Source of the DNA: Buchnera aphidicola str. APS (Acyrthosiphon pisum)
Lineage (GTDB): Bacteria; Pseudomonadota; Gammaproteobacteria; Enterobacterales; Enterobacteriaceae
Assembly: GCF_000009605.1 (NCBI RefSeq)
Contig: NC_002528.1
Coordinates: 360,001-392,000, forward strand
DNA: 32,000 nucleotides
Direction: 5' to 3'
In this document: positions 9,604-19,295 of the stretch, piece by piece
Position numbering within the stretch: the stretch's first letter is position 1
Layout of the letters: every line of letters begins with the position of its first letter
Program-made: the position numbers and the translations under genes
The notes under the pieces: model-generated
What the model saw: only the letters and a program-made list of their open reading frames with translations
What the model was told of the DNA's origin: nothing
The model's database searches: none

Positions 9604-10293
9604 TTACGGAGAAACTATTACCTCACCATTTTCATTAATAATCCCGTTGATAATTTTACCACTGTTTGTTTTAACACGTATATTTTGATTTTGAGCACCA
9701 TTACTTAATGATTTCGCTTTAGAAGACATTTTAAAATTATTACCATTAATAATAACAGTAACCTGTTGATTGACTTTAACTAACCAAAATGGACGTGTCA
9801 TAAAAGATGTTATTGGTTGCAATGGAAAAAACTCACGTAAACTTATTCTATTGACCACATCTTTCTTTTTACGATAAGTATTGTTCGGCAGTACATCTAA
9901 ACGTCCTATTAAAATTTTTAAGTCTGATTCTTTTATTCTTGTTCCTCGGGGAATTTTTCTATTCGCTACAATATATTCTCCTTCAGATTGAACTTCTACT
10001 GTTAGATAGTAATGTTGTTTGCTACAAGTTAAAAGAATATTAATTAAACCTAGATTGTGAGTATTACTTAAAATAGAAAAATCAGGTTTTCTACAATATA
10101 TATTTTTTTTTAATGGAGTATGTATTATGATCTTGATACTATCTTCATTTAAAGGATATTCCTTTTTTAAAAAAATGTTTAATTGTTTGTTTAAATCAAA
10201 AAAATTAAATTTTTGAACAGTTGCACTGACCGAATTGATTGTAAAAGATAGTAATAATAAAAAAAAATAAATCGTTATTTTCATAACTATCAT
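9604..10293 (-). CDS. flgA: Flagellar basal body P-ring assembly protein FlgA
   Basis: C-terminal SAF-like region YIVANRKIPRGTRIKESDLKI...VNRISLREFFPLQPITSFM.RPFWLVKVNQQVTVIINGNNFKM.SKAKSLSNGAQNQNIRVKTNSGKIINGIINENGEVIV. Confidence 0.92.
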   Translation of the reverse strand: MIVMKITIYFFLLLLSFTINSVSATVQKFNFFDLNKQLNIFLKKEYPLNEDSIKIIIHTPLKKNIYCRKPDFSILSNTHNLGLINILLTCSKQHYYLTVEVQSEGEYIVANRKIPRGTRIKESDLKILIGRLDVLPNNTYRKKKDVVNRISLREFFPLQPITSFMTRPFWLVKVNQQVTVIINGNNFKMSSKAKSLSNGAQNQNIRVKTNSGKIINGIINENGEVIVSP

Positions 10294-10567
10294 TCTTTTC
10301 CTTAATTTATGTTAATTTTATGTTTATATTAATTTTATGTTAATTAAATATTTTATAAATATATTTTTTTAAGAACATTTTCTTGATAGAAAATATGTAA
10401 TAAAGGTATAATGAAAATACAATTTTGATTTTTTATATTTTATCTCGAATGTTTATTGAAATTTTTTATCAAAAAATAGATATTCTAAAAAATAAAATAT
10501 CACCTTTATTTGTATTTAATATGATTTTCAAATAATTTTTTTTGAAATGTAATTGCAGGATAACAAT

Positions 10568-10968
10568 ATGTTTAATAAAATAAATCAAATTTTTAATTTT
10601 CATCAACAAGCATTAAATCTTTGTTCTCAAGACAAGAAATATTATCTGCTAATATTGCTAATGCCGACACCCCTGGATATAAATCAATAGATTTTAATTT
10701 TAAAAATGAACTTAATAAAACTCTATATAAAAATAAAAAAACTATTTTTTTAAAAAAAACTTCTCCTAATCATTTAAATGAAAAACATAAAAATTTATTT
10801 TTATTAAAAACTATACCTGTACTCACTAATCAAATAAAACAAGACGGAAACACCGTAAATATGGATAGAGAAAGAATTGAATTTCTAAATAACAGTATAA
10901 AATACCAATCAAGTTTAGTATTTATAAAAAATGAAATTAAAAATATGATGTACGTTTTAAAAGGATAA
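10568..10968 (+). pseudogene. flgB: Flagellar basal-body rod protein FlgB, interrupted by a 1-nt deletion near 10629-10631
   Basis: ATG at 10568 reads MFNKINQIFNFHQQALNLCSQ, then FlgB continues in another frame as RQEILSANIANADTPGYKSIDFNF...QDGNTVNMDRERIEFLNNSIKYQSSL. Adding one A (tctcaaAgacaagaa) restores the frame. Unshifted frame stops at 10688-10690. Confidence 0.85.
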
Positions 10969-10976
10969 TATAAATT

Positions 10977-11387
10977 ATGTCTTTATTAAATATCTTTAAT
11001 ATTGCAGGTTCAGCTATGATTGCACAATCGCAAAAATTAAATGTAATTGCTAGTAATTTAGCTAACATGGATAGTACAATATATAAAAATGGAAAATTTT
11101 ATCCCTATATCGCGAAACAAGTCGTATTTTCATTAGACACTGCAAAAAATTCAAAAATAGGAGGCGTAAAAATATCTGCTATAATAGATGATCCTAGTCC
11201 AATGAAGCTAATATATGATCCAAATAATCCTATGGCCAATAATAAAGGTTACATTTTGGCTTCAAACGTCAATCCTATTACAGAAATGGTAAATAATATC
11301 GCAGCAGCAAGAAGCTACCAGGCTAATATAGAAGTATTAAAAACAGCGAAAAGTATGATAATGAAAACATTAACAATTAGTGAGTAA
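10977..11387 (+). CDS. flgC: Flagellar basal-body rod protein FlgC
   Basis: MSLLNIFNIAGSAMIAQSQKLNVIASNLANMDS...NPITEMVNNIAAARSYQANIEVLKTAKSM. Confidence 0.96.
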   Translation: MSLLNIFNIAGSAMIAQSQKLNVIASNLANMDSTIYKNGKFYPYIAKQVVFSLDTAKNSKIGGVKISAIIDDPSPMKLIYDPNNPMANNKGYILASNVNPITEMVNNIAAARSYQANIEVLKTAKSMIMKTLTISE

Positions 11388-11398
11388 AAGGAGACAAA

Positions 11399-12109
11399 AT
11401 GAGTACTATTAATATTAATTCGTCCGATATCAATTTACCCAATATTCAACCACCTATTATAAATAATGAAGCTGTCAAAAAAAATGATAATAATTTACCA
11501 AATGACATCAACCCACCAGATTTACAAAAAAATTTTTTAAGTCTATTAATTGCACAAATTAAAAATCAAGATCCTACTGATCCTATTAAAAACTCTGATT
11601 TGACATCACAATTAGCTCAAATTAATACAGCAAGTGGAATGCAAAAACTAAACAATACCGTGGATCAATTCTCAAATCAAATCAGCAAAAATCAAAATAT
11701 CCAATTATCTACATTAATTGGACGTCATGTGATGGTGCCTAATAAAAAAATAATACATACTAAAGATACGAAAACACAATTTGGTATCGAATTATTTGAA
11801 AAAGCTACTTCAGTTGAAATAAAAATTACAGATGACAACAACAAAACTTTATATCTGAAACAATTGAAAGAAACAGAAGCTGGTAGACATAATTTCTTTT
11901 GGGATGGTCAAGATTTAAATAAAAACAGTGTAATGAGTGGACAATATAACATCTCAGTTATAGCTAAAAAGAACAATCAAAATATTCCGGTTAATAGTTT
12001 AAGTGTAGGAGTAGTCAATAGTATTATTATGTCTTCTGGTAATGCTATTATCGATTTAGGAGAATCTGGACAAATCACACCTTTAAGTATTCGTGAAATT
12101 CTAAAATAA
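11399..12109 (+). CDS. flgD: Flagellar hook assembly (capping) protein FlgD
   Basis: [40 protein letters not shown], typical FlgD N-terminal domain. Confidence 0.95.
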
Positions 12110-12149
12110 AAAATATATTTTATTTAGCACAAATCAAAGGAACAAATTT

Positions 12150-13376
12150 ATGTCAAATATGATAGCTATAAGTGGCTTACTAGCAAATAATGATTACATG
12201 GAAATTATATCCAATAATATTGCTAACGCATCAACTATAGGATATAAATCTCGTAAACCTCTTTTTTTTGATATGTTTTCTCATTCATTTTATTCAAATA
12301 CTACTAATGGATACGGAGTGGGTATTTCAAGTATTATACAAAACTTTAATAATGGCATGTTAGTTGAAACTGGACGAGATTTGGATTTAGGAATTATAAA
12401 AGACGGCTTTTTCCGTCTTGTAGACAGTCAAGGTCATGTCTATTATACAAGAGATGGGCAATTCTTCCTCGATAAAGATCAAAATATTATCAATATTCAA
12501 GGTATGTATCTAACTGGACTTAATACATCTTGTTCAAAAAGTGATTTTAATAATAGATCCAACTTAGAACCTATTAATTTAAAAAATTCTAATATTTTAA
12601 AAAACAAACCTACTTCTGAAATCATGTTAAAAGCGTTTTTGAATCGTAATACTGAATCAAAAAGCAGTGTGGATAATTCTGACAACAAACTATCTAAACC
12701 AGAAGATTACATGACTTATATTAGCATATATAATAAAGAAGGGAAAAAAGAAGATATTACTGTTTCTTTTAATAAAAAGGAAACAAATAAATGGACAGTA
12801 AATGTGGAATCAAATGATTCTGATGATAAAGAGACTATAAAAAATAGTTTCGATTTAACGTTTAATGATGATGGCGAATTAACTTCTGATAATGTTTTTA
12901 ATATTACATCTAAAGATTCTAAAAAGTATGAAAATATCACTTTAAATTTAACAGGTACTATAGAACAATCAAATTCTGATGTTTCTTGGGAAGAACATTC
13001 TCAAAACGGATACCCTCAAGGTAATTTAAAAACATTTGATATTGTTACTAATGGTGAAATTATTGGAACATATTGCAATCAAAAACAACAAACAATAGGT
13101 CAAATATTATTATCAAAATTTATCAATCCAGAAAAATTACAACCTGAAAGTGGTAATTTATGGTCTGCTACTGCAGAATCAGGTGAAGCAAAAACAGCAA
13201 TGAAAGCGGGTATTCAAGAATCAGGAGTGTTAAGCAATAAAACGCTAGAAGTATCAAATGTTGATTTGAATAAAGAATTAATCAATATGATTATAGCACA
13301 ACGTAATTATCAATCTAACGCTCAATCTTTTAAAACAGAAGATAAAATAATTAATACATTAATAAATTTACAGTAG
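12150..13376 (+). CDS. flgE: Flagellar hook protein FlgE
   Basis: [42 protein letters not shown]...[42 protein letters not shown]. Confidence 0.95.
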
Positions 13377-13402
13377 TCTATCAAATAGGATCCAACAATA
13401 TA

Positions 13403-14161
13403 ATGGAGAATTCAATATATAAATCTATGATTGCAGCAAATCAATTATTAGAGAAACAAAGTATTATTTCTAATAATTTAGCTAATATTTCAACCACTGG
13501 TTTTAAAGAAAAATTTATTTTTGCAATACAAAATCATAATGTAAAAAATTTATATAATAGTGATAAAAAAATTACAAAAGAATATTATAATCTTTCTCCA
13601 GGAATATTACGCTATACAGGAAGAAATTTAGATTTATTTATTAAAGATGATGGTTGGTTAACAGTTAAAGACACAAACGGTCAAGAAGCATATACAAAAA
13701 ATGGCCACTTAAAAATAAACTCAAAAAGAAAACTGACAATTCAAGACAATGAAGTAATAGGAAATAATTGCAATATAATTATACCAAAAAATATCATTTT
13801 AAAAATTTTATCTAATGGAGTAATTACTTCAGTAAAAAACAAGCACAAACATATTGTTGAAACTAAAATAGGATCATTAAAATTAGTACAGCTCCCTTCA
13901 CAAGATCTAATTCAAAACGAAAATGGATTATTTTATCTGAAAAAAAATAATGAAATTAACAAAAAACATACTAATACTATCAAACATAGCAAAAAAATAC
14001 GCGTACAATCAGGAATGTTAGAAGAAAGTAATGTAAATGCTTCTAAAAATATGATAGAAATGATATCAAATGCTAGACAGTTTGAAATGCAAATGAAAAT
14101 GATATCTATGTGCGATCAAAACGCAGAATACGCAAATCAACTCATTAACATTAACAATTGA
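13403..14161 (+). CDS. flgF: Flagellar basal-body rod protein FlgF
   Basis: [38 protein letters not shown]; located between flgE and flgG. Confidence 0.92.
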
Positions 14162-14178
14162 TAAAACAGGATAAAAAT

Positions 14179-14961
14179 ATGATTCCTTCTTTATGGATTT
14201 CTAAAACTGGTCTTGATGCTCAACAAATTAATATGAATATTATTTCTAATAATTTAGCAAATGTTAGTACTAATGGATTTAAACGATCTAGAGCGGTTTT
14301 TGAAGATTTAATGTATCAAACGATACGAGAAGCAGGAACAAATTCCTCACTTGAAACAACTTTACCGTCAGGATTGCAATTAGGTACTGGAGTAAGACCG
14401 GTATCTACCGAAAGAATTCATACTCAGGGTAATCTTTCAAAAACAGATGCTTCAAAAGATGTTGCTATTAATGGATCAGGATTTTTTCAAGTACAATTGC
14501 CAGATGGAAATATAGCATATACAAGAGATGGCTCTTTTCAATTAGATCAAAATGGTCAATTAGTGACTAATAGTGGTTTTCCTATTATACCTGAAATTAA
14601 TATTCCTTCTAATTCTACAAATATTAATATAGCAAGAGATGGTGTTATTAGTGTTGTCGTTCAAGGACAAACACAACCTGTTTTACTCGGCCAGTTAAAT
14701 TTAATTAATTTTGTTAACAATTCTGGATTAGAAAGTTTAGGTGAGAATTTATATCAAGAAACTCAAGCATCTGGCTCTCCAATTGAAACTACTCCGGGTT
14801 TAAATGGAACAGGAGTGCTTTATCAAGGATATGTTGAAACTTCAAATGTCAATGTAGCTGAAGAATTAGTGAATATGATTCAAACTCAAAGAGCATATGA
14901 AATAAATAGTAAATCTATTAGCACATCAGACCAAATGTTACAAAAACTATCGCAATTATAA
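14179..14961 (+). CDS. flgG: Flagellar distal rod protein FlgG
   Basis: [48 protein letters not shown]...[34 protein letters not shown]. The track ORF begins at 14158; conserved start is 14179. Confidence 0.97.
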   Translation: MIPSLWISKTGLDAQQINMNIISNNLANVSTNGFKRSRAVFEDLMYQTIREAGTNSSLETTLPSGLQLGTGVRPVSTERIHTQGNLSKTDASKDVAINGSGFFQVQLPDGNIAYTRDGSFQLDQNGQLVTNSGFPIIPEINIPSNSTNINIARDGVISVVVQGQTQPVLLGQLNLINFVNNSGLESLGENLYQETQASGSPIETTPGLNGTGVLYQGYVETSNVNVAEELVNMIQTQRAYEINSKSISTSDQMLQKLSQL

Positions 14962-15017
14962 TAATTTATTTTTAAATATACTTATAAAAATATGTTTGGA
15001 ATAATCTTGTACATTAA

Positions 15018-15761
15018 ATGTATATCATTAAAGGTAAGTTTTTCGTGATAAAGTTATTTATTTGTCAAAAAAAATACTATTTAACTGCTATTTTTTTATT
15101 AACAATTCAGAGTTGCGCCAGCGTTGAATATAAACCTTTAGTAACAGGCGCTACAACTGCTATAGCACCTAATATATGGCCTAAAGTCGTTAATGGTTCT
15201 TTGTTTCAGGAAAAAATACCCATCAATTATGGTTATCAACCATTATTTGAAGATCATCGTCCACATAATATTGGTGATACGATCACTGTTGTATTACAAG
15301 AAAATATCAGTGCAAGTAATAGTTCTATTTCAAATATGAGTAGAGATGGAAGCGCTAACTTCGGCTTAAAAATCGCACCTGGACAATTAAATAATATATT
15401 AGGTGTTAATTTTCAAGACAATACAACTAGTTTAGATAGTTTTGGAAGAAATAATTTTTCTGGAAAGGGTAGTAATTCAGCTAACAATAAATTTACTGGT
15501 CTTATCACTGTTACTGTAAAAAGAGTACTTCCAAATGGAAATTTAAAAGTTATCGGAGAAAAACAAGTTTCTATTAACAAGGGTACAGAATTTATTCGTT
15601 TTTCTGGTGTAATAAACCCTACTAATATTAACAAAAATAATTTTATTTCATCCACTCAAATAGCTGATGCACGTATTGAATATTTAAGTCATGGTGGTCT
15701 TGACGATGTTCAAAAAATGGGTTGGTTGCAAAAATTATTATTAAAAATTTCTCCTATATAG
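15018..15761 (+). CDS. flgH: Flagellar L-ring lipoprotein FlgH
   Basis: Lipobox-like [48 protein letters not shown]...[26 protein letters not shown]. Start may be the GTG at 15045. Confidence 0.95.
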
Positions 15762-15831
15762 ACATTTTTTTAAAAATGAAATCGTTTTAAAAAACTATTT
15801 AAAATAGTATTTCTTATAAATTTAATTCAAA

Positions 15832-15862
15832 CTCATAAAGAACGTTATTTATTCTTTATGAG
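15832..15862. other. Intra-operon stem-loop between flgH and flgI
   Basis: Perfect 11-bp inverted repeat ctcataaagaa / ttctttatgag with 9-nt loop; no clean poly-U tail. Confidence 0.55.
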
Positions 15863-15980
15863 AAAAATTAAATATATTAAAAAAGAATAAAATTTTTTAT
15901 AATCACAATATTTATAGGAAATAAAATGTTTTATATGTACTATGACACTTTTAAAAAGACAGATTAATAAAGGTTTTTTT

Positions 15981-17099
15981 ATGTCCAAAAAAATATTATT
16001 TTTGATAAAAGTAATTGTTTTTATTTTCACAACCTTTTCGTTACCTTTGTATGCTGAAAAAATACGTGATTTAACTAGTATTCAAGGGATTAGAGATAAT
16101 CCACTTATCGGTTATGGTTTAATTGTTGGATTGGATGGCACAGGCGACCAATCAACGCAAGCTCCATTTACTAATCAATCATTAAAGAATATGTTATCAC
16201 AATTAGGTGTAAGTATTCCTTCAAACACTAATATGAACACAAAAAATGTAGCAGCAGTAATTGTAACGGCAAATCTTCCGCCATTCAGTCATGCAGGAGA
16301 AAAAATAGATGTAGTAGTATCATCTATGGGAAATGCTAGAAGTCTTAAAGGAGGTACACTTTTAATGACTCCTCTAAAAGGCGCTAATAATCAAATTTAT
16401 GCTATTGCTCAAGGTAATATATTAGTATCTGAAAAAAATAACAAAAAAAGTAAAATTCATAATTTTTATTCAAATCAAGTAAATTCTGGGAAAATTCATC
16501 ACGGTGCAACAATTGAACGAGAAATAGATAATAATTTTGGAAAACAAAAAACAATCAACTTACAGTTAAATCAAGAAAACTTTAGTACAGCGCAGCGTAT
16601 TAGCGATATGATTAATACAAAATATCCAGATACAGCTACTCCTATTAATTCTAAAACAGTACAATTAAATACTTCAGCTAATAATGATGTACAAGTACAC
16701 ATGCTTTCCAATATTCAAGATATAGATATTTCACTTCCATCACAAGAAGCTAAAGTTGTAGTTAATTCTCGTACTGGTTCTATTGTTATTAATCAATCAG
16801 TCAGATTAGGTTCATGTGTAGTTTCAAATGGAAACATGTCTATAATAGTACATCAAATAAAAAATAAAAAAAGAGATTTATATTTTTTGAAATCATTTAA
16901 TAAAAATATAAAAAAAGATCAATCTATAGAAGATATGGCTGATAAGAATTATATGAATGATATTGCTACTAATAAAGAAAATTTGCATAATATAGTTAGA
17001 GCTTTAAATAAATTAGGTACTAAACCTGATGAATTAATGTCTATTTTACAATTAATGAAAAGTGCTGGTTGTCTTAACGCAAAACTGGAAATTGTTTAA
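15981..17099 (+). CDS. flgI: Flagellar P-ring protein FlgI
   Basis: RDLTSIQGIRDNPLIGYGLIVGLDGTGDQSTQAPFTNQSLKNMLSQLGV...VVNSRTGSIVINQSVRLG. The track ORF starts at 15942; signal-peptide Met is 15981. Confidence 0.97.
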   Translation: MSKKILFLIKVIVFIFTTFSLPLYAEKIRDLTSIQGIRDNPLIGYGLIVGLDGTGDQSTQAPFTNQSLKNMLSQLGVSIPSNTNMNTKNVAAVIVTANLPPFSHAGEKIDVVVSSMGNARSLKGGTLLMTPLKGANNQIYAIAQGNILVSEKNNKKSKIHNFYSNQVNSGKIHHGATIEREIDNNFGKQKTINLQLNQENFSTAQRISDMINTKYPDTATPINSKTVQLNTSANNDVQVHMLSNIQDIDISLPSQEAKVVVNSRTGSIVINQSVRLGSCVVSNGNMSIIVHQIKNKKRDLYFLKSFNKNIKKDQSIEDMADKNYMNDIATNKENLHNIVRALNKLGTKPDELMSILQLMKSAGCLNAKLEIV

Positions 17100-17398
17100 T
17101 GAATGATAATTTATTGTTATCTAATATATCAGATTATAACGTACAATTTATTAATGAACTTAAATACCAAGTTCGTATTAATCCAAAAAAACATGCATTG
17201 CAAACTGCAAAAGAAGTAGAAGGAGTATTTATTCAAGTATTACTTAAAAGTATGAGAAGTTCTTTGTTGAAAGATAACTTATTAGATAATAATCAAAGTC
17301 GTCTCTATACTGATATTTATGACCAACAATTATCTCAAGAAATAAGTAAAAAAGGAATAGGATTAACTGATATTATTTTAAAACAAATTGAAAAATAA
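17099..17398 (+). CDS. flgJ: FlgJ-type rod cap protein, N-terminal domain only (no muramidase domain)
   Basis: KHALQTAKEVEGVFIQVLLKSMRSSL....LYTDIYDQQLSQEISKKGIGLTDIILKQI; 99 aa versus ~313 aa for E. coli FlgJ; TAATG overlap with flgI. Confidence 0.9.
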   Translation: MNDNLLLSNISDYNVQFINELKYQVRINPKKHALQTAKEVEGVFIQVLLKSMRSSLLKDNLLDNNQSRLYTDIYDQQLSQEISKKGIGLTDIILKQIEK

Positions 17399-17499
17399 AA
17401 CATATTATAATACAAGTAATTCTAACGTATTATTAAATATATTATTTTACAAGAAAATATATTTTAAAATAAAAAAATCTTATTAAAAAAGGATAAAAA

Positions 17500-19131
17500 A
17501 TGAGTGATATATTAAATTCCGCTATTTCTGGTATGAATGCAATGAAGATTATGATTGATAATACCATAGATAAAATTAATCATCCTAATAATAAAACATT
17601 AGGAAAACGTGTTGTTATAGAAAATACTGTACAAAATGAAAATAAAAACAGTACAGTAAAAGTAAAAGAAATATATGATAATTATAATGATTTTATTTTA
17701 GAAGAAAAAAGAAAAACTAACGCAGAAGTTCAAGATGAACAAACTAAAATCGAACAGCTATTAAAACTAGAAGATTTATTATGTGAAAAATCTAATATTT
17801 TCAGTCAACTACTTAATGACTACTATGCACAAATAGAAGAAGATATTGTTTTAGCTAAAAAAAATGTTTTTAATGAAAACATACAGAAGAAATTAAGCAA
17901 CATAGTTTTTGCCATAAAAGATTTTGATAAGAAATTAAAATTTTTAGAAAAAGACATAAAAGATTCAGTTATCAATAATTTAAAAAAAGTTAATTCTTTA
18001 ATTGATGAAATTCATGATTTAACTATAGATATTAGATGTTTTCCTGTTTTAAAATTTCCTAATAGAGTTGATGGTCTTATCGAACAACGAGATCGTCTGG
18101 TAGACGAATTAAATGGTTTAATTGGAATTAAAGTTATTAAAGATCATGATAATTATAAACTTAATCTAAATAATGGTATATCTATTATAGACAATAATAA
18201 AAAACAAAATTTAATTGCATTAACATCTACATCAGATGAAAGATATATAAGTGTAGGATATGTTGATACTAACGACAAAGTAGCAAAAAAAATAGAAGAT
18301 ATGATTCCGACTGCCACCTTAGGAGCTCTTCTTAAATTTCGTAGAGAAGAGCTAACAAATACAAGAAATAAAATCGGACAGTTAATAATTAATTTTGCTG
18401 ATAGTATTAACTCCTATCATGCAATAGGATATGATATGTTCGGACACCTAGGTAGACAAATTTTTAACATTAGTCAACCAGAAGTAATAGCTAGTTCAAG
18501 TAATCGTTCATCTTCTAAAGTATCTGCAAAATGGCTTGTTATTAGCGATGCTAAAAATACGAATTATGTTATATATTTTAAAGATAAAAATTTTATAGTA
18601 ACAAGATTATCAGATCATAGTACGATTCAACCTAAAGTACATGTAGAAAATAATAAAACGTTATTTACCTTTGATGGAATTGAATGTTCTATAGAAGGTG
18701 AAAATGCTGATAATGATATTTATATGATCAAACCCTATTCTAAAACTTTAGAAGAATTAGAATTATTAATTAAGCCAAATGAACCGTTTGCATATTCTTC
18801 CACAGATGATCTCAATAATCCAAATAGAAATAATGCTATAATAATAAACAAATTTTATAATAATGTTCTTGTTGATCATAAAGAAACACTTGATCAAGCT
18901 TATCAGAAATTTTCTCAGTCCATATCTCATAAATGTAATGCATTAGAAGAAGAAGTACCCTTTAAAAGAAATATGATTGGAATACTTGAAAATAAAAAGA
19001 TGTCTATATCTAATGACATGGAACAAGAATATGCAGAATTAAACTATGAACAAGAGTGCTATCTTGCAAACGTTAAAGTACTTCAAACGGCAGAAAATAT
19101 TTTAAATGAAATAATAGAACGTTATAGCTAA
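17500..19131 (+). CDS. flgK: Flagellar hook-associated protein 1 FlgK (divergent)
   Basis: [10 protein letters not shown]-like N-terminus, [63 protein letters not shown]-terminal [32 protein letters not shown]. Confidence 0.9.
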
Positions 19132-19157
19132 AAGACTTTTTAACATACTTATAAAAA

Positions 19158-19188
19158 ATAAAAACTTACTTTTAAAGTAAGTTTTTAT
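19158..19188. terminator. Bidirectional rho-independent terminator candidate between convergent flgK and rne
   Basis: ataaaaacttacttt t aaagtaagtttttat: 15-nt perfect inverted arms around 1 nt, with A-rich left and T-rich right flank; positioned exactly between convergent genes. Confidence 0.75.
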
Positions 19189-19295
19189 TTTTTGTCTAAG
19201 TAATTTATTTTATCAATAAAAATTATTTTTATTAAACGGATTTAATGGTTTAATTCTTTTATTAAAAAATATGTTTAATATGTAAAAGAAATATT

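Noticed and set aside
12497-12940. Two antisense ORFs (63 and 74 aa) in flgE.
   Set aside because: Overlap a well supported flgE reading frame and have no recognisable domain.
15413-15655. 80-aa antisense ORF in flgH.
   Set aside because: Shadow ORF within conserved flgH.
15845-16030. 61-aa ORF overlapping the start of flgI.
   Set aside because: Ile/Lys/Phe-rich AT-biased translation with no motif, overlaps the FlgI signal peptide in another frame.
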